64,000 bases of DNA from Octopus sinensis (lineage: Eukaryota), in contig NC_043008.1 in assembly GCF_006345805.1 (NCBI RefSeq), positions 61,876,001 through 61,940,000 on the forward strand, given 5' to 3'. This document shows, piece after piece, positions 24,692-38,289 of this stretch (position 1 is the first letter of the stretch; every line of letters starts with the position of its first letter). A program made the position numbers and the translations under genes. The notes beneath the pieces were generated by a model. The model saw only the letters and a program-made list of their open reading frames with translations. It was not told the origin of the DNA and ran no database searches.

Positions 24692-27600
24692 TTATAGCGA
24701 TGAAAAGGAACATATATATATATATGTTCCATATATATATATATATATGTTCTGTATATATATATATATATATATATGTGTATACACGTACATATATAGA
24801 TATACGTACATATATATGACTGTGTGAATATATATGTGTGCGTTTGCTCGCGCGCATACATGCACACCCACCAGCACACTTACATCTAATGTCATCCATG
24901 TTTGTGTGAAAGACTACTGTTATTGCTGTTACAATGAGATTTTTTTAATGATTTTTCTTATGAATTCCAAGCTGAACGATAACTTCAGTGAAATATTTTA
25001 TTAAGAAATAAAATGGTAATGTTTTCTCACACAATACAGTATTCGCCAATACGAAGACAACAACTCCGAAAGAGCCTTCCGTTCTCCATTTTGTTTTCAT
25101 TTTACTACAATACAAAAGTAAAAAAATAGGGAAAAATATAGTTGCGTAATATTGTCTTTTATTTAGATATTTAATATTTCTACAATTCTAGAATTTTGTA
25201 AACACCCTCCATGAAAATATGAAGGATATTTTATAAAGTTATTGTCTTTTATTTTGTGATGGGGAGTGTTTGCTTATTTACTTATTATTTTGTCAATCTA
25301 TTTTCCAAATAGATACCATAGCTTTTTCTCTCTTGTTGTTACCGTTGCCATCGGTCCAAATAAATTCCTAAATTTAATATATTTTCCTGACAAAATTGAT
25401 TTGCTTTTTATCTTTGAAGTATCAAGTAACTTTCAACAGAAATTCGACCTACCTTTTGTATATATCTGCCCTTTCCTGTGTATAATATACTTGTGTATTT
25501 TCTAATACAATGACTAGCATTCATAGCATTCATTGCATACAAACAAGCATAAACAATCAAATTTTCATACCATTTACAATTACATGCGGGAAACATATCG
25601 TTCTTTCTCTTATTCGGTTGACATTCTTTTTTTTTCCACATAAACATTTGTAGTAAATTTTCGTATTGGAGCCGATGATGATATAATTAGTTTGCTTTGC
25701 ACAGCAATGGAAACTATGGAAATTATGGCACACTGTGGTAAATAAAATATTAAACTTTGCCTATAGACATGTTAATCATGTTGTCAGTTTTCTAATTCCA
25801 CCACCCAGGCATCCGCCATGTTATATTTCAGGAGCATGTCTCAGGAGTAGAAAGATAGAAAGACAAAGATCCTTAACGCTGTCATACAAAACTTGTTGCT
25901 GAGAATTATGGAACTATACGGGCATAACACAACATGATGCATTTATGTTTATTTTCCTTGTGTGTATCCAACAGACCATTCCCAGTGTTTTCAATATTCG
26001 TTTCATCACATTCACTATACCGGTCTAATCATTTCGTTAAAGTATCTGTTACTTTGCTTAGTAATGGATGTTAAAATATGAAAGGAAATCACACAGTGTG
26101 AAAAAAATATTGCTAATACATTTCTGAAAACAAATCAACCATTGCACAGCATCCTGATACAAGTTCTAGTAATTAACTTCTGTGGATCCTGAAGAGAAAA
26201 CGTAAAAGTGACAAAAATTCATTTGTTTGTGTTTTAACCAGTGAAGGCGACAGGTACTCGGGAAGAGAATGTTATAGTTTGACTCGGTAAAGACTAAACA
26301 CTACAGATTTCTTTATACTGACTAAGGCAAAAACTTATCGAATTAAACACATTTACACGGATTCAGATGACAATAATCTACATTCATTTCTAGCTAAATT
26401 GACATTGTTCGTAAGAACATCAAATAATATAAATAAAACTTCAGAGCAAATTCGGTAGATTAAATATTCATTTAACGGGATTCAAATCACTAAAGCTTCT
26501 CTAGTGATACTTGGATACAACTGATCCTGAATGTCCTATCTAAATCTCCTTCCTGAGATTGAAAATTGGTAACAAAAGAGTATAACTGAACAAGTTATAG
26601 AGCCATATAAACAATAAGGACCGGAGTGTCAATGAAAATAAGATGTGAATGTGAGATCTGAAAACTATACACTATGAAATGTGAAATATAATTATTACGA
26701 TTCTCGTTGTTAAAGGACGGATACATATGCTGATGGGGAAACTCAGAGTTAGTGGAGAAAGAAAGCTACAAAAATTACTTTCTCTTTCAATTTTACATCA
26801 AGCAAAGATATAACTTTCAGTACAGTTAAATATCAGCAACGATGTATTTCCAGAAAGATTAGTCTAAAAGAAAAGAGTAGAAAAACTGGATGAAAAGTTG
26901 AAATATCTATGCTATACAAAAAAAAAGACAAAACATAAATAAGTAAATAAATAAATAAAGGAAAATGCAATCCATCATTTGGTGTTTCAATGCCAATGAT
27001 ACATGTTATTCTATGCTGCAAATTAACAATTGCGCAGTTTTGTAGATGCAAGGGTTAATCATATTTGAGTTATGCTAAAAGTGCAGATATAATGGTTATG
27101 TAAGTCTTAATTAGAAAACGAAGAACTGTAACATTAAAACAATTTAATTAAAATATATACCGACAGACCTTTGAAAGATTTTATACAGAGGCACGAGAAA
27201 TGCGTGAAGCTAGTTTAAAATCGATACATGGAGTAATTATCGAAACAAGCTAAAGCACGCATATTCGCTATTAGAAATTTACAAAATAACAATATTACTA
27301 AATCTACTACCACTAATAATAAAAACAACAGCTGAAATACAATCGTCGTAGAGCTCATAAAACATTCCTCATAAAGAGAATTAGTGGGAACATAAGCCTC
27401 TACTAAATGTCTAGAATACTGAAGCAACCATCCAGTGGAGTTTCCTTGTCCAAACTTAACGGCAAATTTAGGCTGACCGACGAGATATCATTGTGAAATG
27501 ACATGTTGAAAAGACACGTTTTTTTGACTGCTGTTTCAACACCGGCTAAAAAACTTCGGAAATCGAAAGCATGAGATGTAGCAGTTCAAAGCAGCAATGT

Positions 27601-28016
27601 TACCTTTTATTATTGGAAGACTTGGAATGATATCAAATTTAGCAAACTGGTGTGTCGGTCAAGTAGCCACCAATGCAAACCTAAGTGGATTGCTAAATAT
27701 CATACATATGGGTATCCCACATATTTTATGCAAGTTCCTCTCTATGTAAATGCAATTTTATTTTCATGCAGATTTATTATGTTGTTTTTTCACTCACAAA
27801 CATCATTTTCCTCAATTGCATGCCATGTCGATTGCAACTTGTCTCTTGACGAGTCTGGGTGATATATTGGAACATCTGGAAGAGATGAGATGGCCGTGCT
27901 AGGTTTCTCCGTATCGTAAATTCTCGCTCCCTGGAAGCGAGAGTAAAGATGAATTGACATGGTGCCTTCCTAAACGCAGCATGTCATCATGTTACTGCCC
28001 TTTGTGGTAGCAAAAG

Positions 28017-28811
28017 TTAAACCATCTCCTTCGACACCGGTCCCAGTGTTCCTGCCACTTTTGAAATCCATTCTGGAAATCGTTTTCTGTAAGCGAGTCA
28101 AGGATCTTCTGCGATTCGCTCTAGACCACAAGGACGGTATGATCTCGCTTTAATTTAATTTTTCAAAAGGGGCAAATGTTAATTTTGGGGACGGGATAGG
28201 AGAATGCAAGTGCTATTTCTTGAGAATAGGGCGTGTGTGGAAGCGAAACCATGTTCGTAAGGAAACTCGGTGACAGAGAGCATTGTCTTCATCAAGAATC
28301 GAATACTTGGAGCTCCTCAAACCTATCACTTTTGCTGAATGTTCTACCCCAAACGCTTCAAACCTTCGCAGTCGAACGCTCGATTGACAGATTGTGCATC
28401 GAATTATCGATGCACAATGCCACATCTTCGGAGGTGACGCTTGTGGTAGATCCCCAGATAGCTTATCGTCATTGACGGTGTTTCTTTCGCTTTTAAAGCA
28501 CAGGTGCCACTCGAAAATGTTCGTACCACCCATTGCTTCGTCGCCGTAATCTTGCTGATATCTCTGTAGCAAACTTCCAAAATTTAATGCAAAATTTCAC
28601 GTTGGCTCTTTATTCCAACTTCGTAGCCATGGCAAAATCGCAGACCACAACACGCACATGATCACAAAACACAAATTTTAAAACATGCGAAGGTAACACA
28701 GCAATATCAATCAGTACACTGCCTGATGAAGGTCAGAGCTAGCTCTCACTGCGCAGGCAACTGTGTGCTGCCAACTATTGGCGCACTGCAGAACTAGTCC
28801 TGGCACCTCGT
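28017..28811 (-). pseudogene. Tc1/mariner (mariner-type) transposase, internally deleted
   Basis: N-terminal HTH MLQRYQQDYGDEAMGGTNIFEWHLCFKSERNTVNDDKLSG; then GIVHR*FDAQSVNRAFDCEGLKRL; EDNALCH (HDNAPxH-like); and ESQKILDSLTENDFQNGFQKWQEHWDRC. 5' end ACGAGGTG..ACTAGTT resembles a mariner TIR. The 3' TIR was not located. Confidence 0.9.
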
Positions 28812-28960
28812 TTCCCCTATTTTCATCACATATTCTGTATTACTTTTACGCATTTTATACATAAACAGATGTGAAGCGGCCAGTCCTACTATGTATGTAA
28901 TTCCAAGGCCTTATATTCTACATAACCATATTTATTGATTTCAACAATTGTAAACTGGCA

Positions 28961-29180
28961 AATCTAAGGAGATTCTATCACAGCAATATCAAACGAGGCA
29001 AACTTAAGTTGCTTCTGCCATACGAATAGCATACGGAGTAACCTTAATGCGCTTCTACCACACCAAAAGCAAACGGGGTAACCTTAGAGCGCTTCTACCA
29101 TACCAATAGCAAACGGGGTAAAATTAAGGCACTTTTACAACACAAACAGCAAACAGGCCAAACTTAAGGCGCTACTACAA
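28961..29180. repeat. 40-bp minisatellite, about 5.5 degenerate copies
   Basis: Units start at 28961, 29001, 29041, 29081, 29121 and 29161; consensus roughly ACCTTAAGGCGCTTCTACCACACCAATAGCAAACGGGGTA. Confidence 0.9.
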
Positions 29181-29859
29181 ATAAATATGTCGCCATCACA
29201 TCACTCTCTAACTATTTAACGCAGTGTGCCTGAATAGAAGACGAAATATTTTTGTTGTTACGTCTCTGACCTTCGGAATGCCTTGGGAAGCTGTGCCTTA
29301 AGATAAGCAACAACAGTAATATCAACAACTAAACTGTTACAACACTAGTTTAACACGGCGAAAAACATTTTATGTAAAAAATAAACAAAAGAGAAGGAAC
29401 GACCACTGCAGAATTGTGCTTAACGACTCACTCAGGATTGAGTTGAGATATAAACGCTAGATGTAACACTATAAAAGCCGGTACATTACCAGTACACTGC
29501 AGATATAAATCCATAATCACTTCGTCAGAATACAAAGTAGTTGTATTGTGCAATATAGATTTCAATGCGACTCATTTGTTAGTATATGTTTCAAGAAACC
29601 ACACTCAAGAACGCAAGTAGGTACACACACGTGAGCTTTTATACAACTCACATATTCACTTATGAAGAAATATACAGTGGTGCACATATGTATATACACC
29701 TGCAAATATATGGATACAAAACAATGTTTAACTAATTTTAAATGCTTTATTTGTTGAAGATGTAGTTTCCAGCTAGAATACCAATCCTTATTCTGACAAA
29801 CAACAGCAGACTTCAGGTAAATAACTCTTCAAACTAGTCATGGCGATGGTTATGTTGAT

Positions 29860-30330
<471 letters not shown>

Positions 30331-31278
30331 TAAGAAAAAAACACAAAAACAAGAATACTTCATTTAAAAAATGAAGATAAAAGTTTCAACTTTGATTTCT
30401 GAAAAAAAATATTTTTTTTCTAAAAGATTATTAGAAATGTCTTTTAGTTGATGTTTGTCTTCTTAATACTGTCAACTGTTTTTGAGGTTTAATCTATCGT
30501 TATTTTTTGTTAGTTTTCTTCTTGTAGTCGTTTTTGATGTTGTTTTTTTTTATGTTTGTTGTTGCATTACGTCTTTCCACTCCATTTTGAAATTCTACAA
30601 ATATGTCTGCATTTGTAAAATGTTTATACGTTTGTTTATTTTGCTTTTAGTGAGTATATTTTTGCTCGGTTTTATTCGTTGATTAATGCTTATTAAATAA
30701 ACATGATACTTATTTCTCCAGTTTTATCTATGCGTGTATAAACGTATGTATGCATTATGTACCTATGCAAGTATTCCGTATATGTAAAGTATATACTTCT
30801 GCATGGATATGTGTTCATGAATATTTCAATGCGCGAATGTTAGTTGTCTGAAGTTTAGAAAGCAGTTTGACTTGACAGATGACATCTTTGCATTTTCTTT
30901 TCACATCATTCGTAACTGATGACTCAATCTCCGACACACAGCAATAATTTAGTATGTACGTGTGTGAATGTGGAGGATATATTGCTACCAAAGTTATCTG
31001 GAATAATGTAATGGTTGTGAGGTTAAGACGTTTGTATCGGAACCACACAAACATTTCAGGTTCAGTTCCACTGCGCACGAGTGTGTGACCATGAGCAACT
31101 ATCCTCTTATGTACTTTTGGATTTACGATGTCTTTTATGTTTATTTGTTATATGGAACGTGAGAAGTGCGTTATATATATATAGTCTGAAGTGTATAGTA
31201 TTAAATATCCATCACGGCTGGTCTTAACAGCTGGTTTCGCGTAAAGAATACAATAAGGTGTTAGGTAACACACTGATC

Positions 31279-31352
31279 ATATAATTTTACGTTCATGAGA
31301 GATAGCCGATATGGAAGCATATCGGCTAACTCTGATGAGTGTAAAGTTATAT
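31279..31352 (+). ncRNA. candidate pri-miRNA-like hairpin (unverified)
   Basis: 35-position stem: 30 Watson-Crick pairs, 3 G-U and 2 mismatches, closed by a GAAG loop (31314-31317). The wobbles form only on the + strand. Confidence 0.35.
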
Positions 31353-32482
31353 AATCGGTTTGTTACATAACACACTATATCCGTGCTGGACATTTAATAC
31401 AATACATTAAGGATAATATACCTACTCTACTGACAGATATATAAGTGCATCTTTTCCCTGAGGTATGGTCTCTTAGACGACTCAACTATATATATATATA
31501 TATATATATATATCAAGATATATCCACGAGGAAATTCGGCACAGCTTGGAATCAGTGACGTAGCAATTCATTCCAACAGCTGAATGAACTGATACAACGG
31601 AAAATAATGTGTTTTGTGCAGGAACACACAACACACAGTCCGCTTCGGGAAACGAACTCACTACCTCATGATTGCGATCCCATTGCTCTATCAACTAAGT
31701 CATACACGTTTATATATATATAGGAAAGTTGATCTGAAAAAATGAAAGATGTTTATTGACTTAACTGGTTTCACTAAAAAAAAATCCATAAGTAAAATGT
31801 AAGGTTTTGTGTAACCTTTGTTGTGTTAAAAATGTTAGCATAGATGTCTTAAACTACAATGATAGAGTCTTTGACAATGATAAGAAAGTATTAAGAATTT
31901 TGACAGTCTGTCATGGTTCAATGATTTTTGTACTGGTCTTAGAGTTCAACATGGTGTGAGTGTGTGTATGCACGGTTCTATGTGTGTATATATATGTTTG
32001 TGTATGTGTGTGGTTTTTTTGACTGGTCTTAGAGTTCAGTCTGGTGTGTGTGTCTATGTGTGTTTTATATCTATCAGTGATGCGTGTATGTGTGCACGTT
32101 TGTGTGTGTGTGAGTGTGATTTATATTTGCCAGGTTGCTGTATTTGGTATGATTTTTGATGAAATTAAAAATAATTATGAATTTATTTTACTACCTATTT
32201 TGAACACTTTTATGTAAACTGTTTAAACAAAAAGCCTCGCTTAACATTTTCTTATCTTTGTCAAAGACTATATCACTGTATTTTAATGCATCTATGATAA
32301 CCACTTTTTTAACGCAACAAAGTCTACACAAAGCCTCACATGTTAGTTTTGAAAATCCTTTTTTTTTTTTTATGCGAAAGCTATCAAGTCAATAAACATC
32401 TTTAATAGACATCTGCATTTTCAAATCCTCTTTCTTTTATATTTTCACTCGTGCGGTACCTTGCAACTTTACTTTGTTATAT

Positions 32483-32518
<36 letters not shown>

Positions 32519-32558
32519 CAGAGAGAGAGAGAGGAGAGAGAGAGAGAATAGATACATA

Positions 32559-32620
<62 letters not shown>

Positions 32621-32755
32621 GTATTGATAGAACAAGGCACCAATGTTTACTGGAAGTAGCAGTCGATAAATTTATGACGCTGTAGTAAAGTTTCACTGTA
32701 TATATAGTGCCAATGTAGTGTGAAGGCAGCGAAAATAAAAAAAAATTCGTCTTAC

Positions 32756-32876
32756 CTCTGGGAAGGGCATTTGATAAATGGACAACCCAGAATCGGATAA
32801 TCTAGTACCTTGGTTTCGAACTCTTCAGGTTCGTTTGTTATCGTAAATTTGATTACTCTTCCTCGGTTAGATTTAC
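32756..32876 (-). CDS. candidate coding exon of an unidentified host gene (5' boundary uncertain: 32876, 32898 or 32923)
   Basis: Strong donor AG|GTAAGA at 32755; open frame (G)KSNRGRVIKFTITNEPEEFETKVLDYPILGCPFIKCPSQ; unique, non-repetitive sequence. No protein family recognised. Confidence 0.35.
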
Positions 32877-33004
32877 CTGGACAATATTTCAAATGTTGCT
32901 ACACCAATGCCGGCCATACTCGCCTGAAAGCGTAGCCGTTAACAGAACTGGGAACAGTGCAATATTTAATTTTTCGTTGATATATATATATATATATGCA
33001 TGCC

Positions 33005-33158
33005 AGGCTTGTTTCAGTTTCCGTCCACCAGTCCACTCACAAGGATTTGGTCGACCCGACGCTAGAGTAGAAAACTACTGCCCATGGTGTCACGCACTGG
33101 AACTGAACCCTGAGCCATATGGTTAGGAAGCAAGCACCTTACCAAAGCCAGCTCTGCG
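33005..33158 (-). mobile_element. SINE family A, 5' half (diverged)
   Basis: Reverse complement of TGGCTTTGGTAAGG..GCTTCCTAACCATATGGCTCAGGGTTCAGTTCCAGTGCGTG...GTGAGTGGACTGGTGGACGGAAACTGAAAC. Confidence 0.85.
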
Positions 33159-34414
33159 TATATATATATATATACGTACATACATACATACATACATACA
33201 TACATACATACATACATACATACTACATACATACATACATACATACATACATACATACATACATACATACATACATGCGTATATATATATACGGAGGGAA
33301 ATTGTGCTGTGTGCGTGCGTGTCTGTATGTTTATGTGGCTATATTTGGGCCTCACATTTGTCAGCAGGTGTTGGTTTGTTTGTGTGCCAGCAGCCTTATC
33401 ATTCTTCAAAAGAGGATATTATAAGTGCCGGACGTACACCAGTTTAGGTGCCAGCCTGGCGGCGATTTGATCGACTTCTATTTCAAAGTAGAGCTACAGC
33501 ATGGTTACAGTATGATAAAATGTAGGAAAAAATATTAAAAAAGGAATAAATAGTGAGACCGATGGATCAAATGAAGTCTCGTGAAATCTAAGTATGCAAA
33601 AGCAACTAAACTGAAATTAAATTACTTGACATTTGTGACAGACAAAAATGAACACCCTGTTATTAAAGTTAGCTCTTCAGTAAATCTGATGAGAAAAATA
33701 CAAGAAAAAAAAGGCACTTTCAGACCATTACTTTCAGCATTATGGAAATTATATGGTATGAAGCGACCCATCTGGACCAAATATTTCTGTAGTTCTTGTC
33801 ATGGAATCCATAATTCAGTATGCTACAAACTTCCATGAAATCTGATACAATTCGACACACAATCAATATATATGGATATAAGAACAGAACTTGGTGTTCA
33901 TGTATCTGATAGCTTATGTTGTTGTAATGACCCGTCATAGTCAATGTGAGAAATATTACTCTTGTATATATGTACTTAGATTTATAGATTTCATGAAAAA
34001 CTAAAAAAAGAACTTTTGAAATCATCATCAGCTTTTTGAGGGTATTAGCAGGTCTGAGTGGATCAAAGTGACTTCAACTAAACTCAGCTCAAGAATCTAA
34101 GCTTGCCTAAAGAAAGTACCTTATATCTTTTCTATAGTACTTGATACATACTTTGTAACAAAAGAAATACGTTTAACTTGCTTTTAACATATACTTTTAC
34201 TTGAATGATTGATACATACAGGAAAATATATTTACGTAAATTTCAGTGCAGTTTGTATTCACAAATGTACAGTCGTTGCATATCTCAAAACATTTCAAAT
34301 ACAATGTAGAATATATCAAAGGTTATGCAAGTTCCTCCTTTTTTTTAGGGAAGGTCATTACATAGTTTCAGATGTAGCGATGTATATGTGCGTTATGTGT
34401 GCATATGTCAATGC

Positions 34415-34466
<52 letters not shown>

Positions 34467-34552
34467 TGGTATACACAGGCATATATACATGCATGCATAC
34501 ACACATATATATATAAAGTTTCACATATATGGATATATATTTATGCATATTC

Positions 34553-34587
<35 letters not shown>

Positions 34588-36479
34588 TATATAGATAGAT
34601 ACAGACACACACACATGTATATATGTATGTATGTATGTATGTATATATGTATCTATGTATGTATGTATGTATCTATGTATGTATAAATAAACGTACATAC
34701 ATATATACATGTGTGCGTATCGATTATTGTGAAACATACGATTATGATATTCTACAATGCAGTGCCTCCTGGTTAGTCATTTATTAATTTTGTCATGAAT
34801 AGATCAATCTTTGTCTGGGAATATAACTGTATTCATTGCAATTATCAGTGATTTCCAAATCTGAAAATGTCATTTAAATTTGCAATGGGAGATTCAAGAT
34901 ATAATATCAAAAGATGTGAAGATTTCCTATCCATTGTTTCAACGTTTGAGTACTATTTTTTCTCCCACGGGGAGCGGCGCATATAAAAGTATATCAGCAG
35001 GAATACTGGATATGACAACTTGTCATGATTGACCATATCAAGAGTGTTACCTGTCCTTTGATGTTCCTACTTCAGAATACACATAAGCCTTACGTTTTTC
35101 TATGAAATATATTAGCTTTAGGTATTGCATCATATTTACATAATTTTAGTTCTTGTTTAGCACTGGATTAACCCTAAGTGATCCAGTCTATGTTCAAATT
35201 GTTTTTGTATATTAGAAAATGCATCGTACAATGTACGTTTTGATCTCTTTCTTTTTTCAATAAATGTTAGTGTGTTTCAAGGGAGATTTGGCTGTTATCT
35301 GTACCTGGCTGAGTGGGTTATTAGATGATCCTTTGTTGGCCCCCAAGTAGAATGATTTAGTGGGTTTGTCTCCCTAGATATTCAAATTATTATAGACTAC
35401 TATATATACCAGTATTTTCATACAAAAATTGAAAAAGTAAATATATATAAATCCTGGCTCTCTGCATCGCAGCCTCTCGGCATCTCGAAAATTCTCATCG
35501 GTGATAGTTCTGTTATTTCTCACTTCAGATAGTGTGGGTGATTAATATACTTACTGTTTTCATAATATTGTCTATAAATTACATTTTCCTTCAGTTGGAA
35601 CCGCAGGAGTTACATTATCCTTATTCTATTCGTATCTCGGTAATAGCTTCTCATATTAGAAAACAGCCCTTAATATAACAAAATATACTATTAGTGTATA
35701 GATTATTTTCAGAATAGCTGTATGTTTACATATGTTTGTTATATAATTAAGGGTATAGCAGTATAAATAAATCAATTTATACTAATATAATCATTGTTTG
35801 TCGAGTTTGCTTATGAATTTCGATAAGCTACCTGTTGAACATATATTTACCTTATATTGATTACTGCAATAATTATATTATTCAGAAATAAATATATAAT
35901 CAATCAATTGTTGACAACTACATTATATAACTTAAAAAATGCAACTCGGTCGTTTCTGTAATTTCCCCATCACAAATGTACTGACCAGTTATACCTAGAT
36001 ATATTTCATCTGATTATTTTCTAGCTACATTTGCTAATAAACGTTGTGCTTCGTAGGCCAACAGGATATTAGAGATATTCATACCCTTGCTTTCATACTT
36101 TGTGTTTGCCCATCTCATTAAAACATTAGAGAGTCTTGAGTCCTCATATGGTGTGATTATGTTCTTGAGTTTCTACTGCAGGAATGTTTTTCTCTTTTGG
36201 TACTGGCTAATTTCCTAGTGTATTCTCTTTTCGATGTTGATCAGTAGCGTGCGCCTTAGTCAGCCAGCTTGACTCTCTGTGAGCCAGAGTTGTCTTACAG
36301 TTGAGCTGATGGCCTTGGTGTATTGCTTGGAAGTGATGCTTTTCTTAATAAAGTGGAGCTGTCTTGTGGTTATTTTGATCTTTAGATAGCAGACCAGTGT
36401 CCTGCAACGTCTTGCTAGATTGGCTGGAGCTTATCAGTTCGTATTTGTATTATGCATACACATATAGTTTACAAATGAA

Positions 36480-37345
36480 GATTGATCCTTTAAATCCAAA
36501 GCAACCCCGTTTTGTTTTAAAGGACCACAAACCTACCTTCTTCAGTAATCTTATCTGTCCTTCCAGCTCTGATATCGGTATTCTTGTTAATTACATTCTT
36601 TCGTTAACGAAAAAAAAACTAAAACTTAATTTATGGTCTAATTCATTCGAGGTTGCAGACTGGTTCAACTCTATTGATAATAAACTAAATACTAAATTTA
36701 TCCAGTTCGATATCTGTAGTTATTATTACTCTATTAATCCCATCATCCTTAATAATGTACTTCGGTTCGCGCATAATGAACCTGGCCTCACTCGCGATGA
36801 ACTTAATATTGTTTTAACAGCTAGAAAATCTGTTGTTAAATTTCGTAATAAATGTTGGTTTCGCAAAGAACGACTTGACTGCTTTGACTGGGATCTAACG
36901 ATTCAGTTAAACTAGCTGATTTGGCCGACTAATTCCCATATATCCTTTGTGGTTTATATCTTGACGATTGCCTCCTTTACATCCAAAATATCTCTAATCA
37001 AAAATTAAAACCTGCTTAAAATAATGTAGTTAATTTTTTTAGTAAAATGGACCTAAGTATTACCTTTGATGAGGATAGAAGAAAGGTTCATTTCTCTGAC
37101 CTTACACTCAACTTAAATACAGTTTTATATTTTGCATACGATAAACTTTCAACCAATCTAAAATACACCAGCATTTTTATCAATCATTCTACTTATATAA
37201 CAAAAATTTTGGTCAAAATCATATTGCTTAGAAGCTCTAAGATATCCGCCAATATTCATGTTTTCAATACCATCGCTGATTTCTATAATTGGCCCTTAGA
37301 TAAAGAAGGATATAAGGAGGAAATTAAGAATTTTAACGCTCTTGA
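36480..37345 (+). pseudogene. Penelope-like element reverse transcriptase (Naiad-like), decayed
   Basis: PRFVLKDHKPTF...NLWSNSFEVADWFNSIDNKLNTKFIQFDICSYYYSI...ARKS...FD / GSNDS...GLYLDDCL (catalytic YxDD) ...LSITFDEDRRKVHFSDLTLNLN...YNWPLDKEGY; several frameshifts and stops. The LKDHK variant suggests the Naiad clade (from memory). Confidence 0.85.
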
Positions 37346-37374
37346 TTCTGGTCAACATCTAATAATATGGTAGA

Positions 37375-37648
<274 letters not shown>

Positions 37649-38204
37649 GTGCCCTGATGCAGTACCAGGCAGTGGCTCTCATGGCTTCTGATCTTAACTG
37701 ATTGGAAGTGTTATCATGTACATTGTTTTGTCTTGGTATAAAAGATGGGCTACAGCAAATATTCTGCTCAATACCACAGATTTGCTTGTCAGTTGTTTGA
37801 CCGTAACTAGTTGAGCATGTCCCTGAGTGGCTGACGATATGTGCATCTCTGATCACGAGCAGAAGTAGTGGGGGAGCATCATAGCCATGTGTTGAGAGGG
37901 ATTCTTTGGGGTTTGAATAATTCACCTCTGGAAACATGGGTGGTTCTTTCAACATCCTTAAACAACCCTTATTCAAGGACCATTTGAGCGGGATGGGCTA
38001 CTCAACCTGAAGAAAATTCTAACTGGACCCCACCTGCAAGGTCATGTGCTGTTTATCTTGATATGAGATCACCATGTCGCGCACATATGGTTGTGATGCA
38101 TGTGCCTGGTGTACCCTTATCAGACGGGTAGTCATGATGGGTATATTGGGCTTCGTATATTTTACCCCAGTGTCACTTTGATGGCATGCACTGCTCTCTC
38201 ACTC
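37649..38204 (+). mobile_element. about 555-bp non-coding interspersed repeat (probable LINE 3' UTR or non-autonomous retroelement) between (AAT)n arrays
   Basis: GC-richer block GTGCCCTGATGCAGTACCAGGC...CTGCTCTCTCACTC with AAT arrays on both sides; second, 5'-truncated copy with the same 3' end at 3763-3890. Confidence 0.75.
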
Positions 38205-38232
38205 AATGATAATAATAATAATAATAATAATA

Positions 38233-38263
<31 letters not shown>

Positions 38264-38289
38264 TTGATTAATAAAGGATTGAGGTAACT

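Noticed and set aside
28961-29180. CRISPR-like periodic array
   Set aside because: The whole unit is homologous between copies (no unique spacers), the context is eukaryotic and there are no cas genes.
31320-31340. Resemblance of TATCGGCTAACTCTGATGAGT to miR-2 (TATCACAGCCAGCTTTGATGAGC), and CTGATGAG as a hammerhead core
   Set aside because: The miR-2 seed ATCACAG is absent, and no GAAA follows a stem II, so neither assignment holds.
32806-32828. CTGAAGAG-TTC-GAAAC-CAAG-GTA on the minus strand, a full hammerhead core
   Set aside because: Stem I cannot pair (CGAAC versus CTAG), stem II is only 1 bp, and the sequence lies inside the candidate exon frame (PEEFETKV).
33581-34028. Overlapping ORFs (MKSKYAKATK..., QELQKYLVQMGRF...) as transposase or exon
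   Set aside because: There is only a vague hAT-like CxxHG echo, with no supporting motifs or good splice sites.
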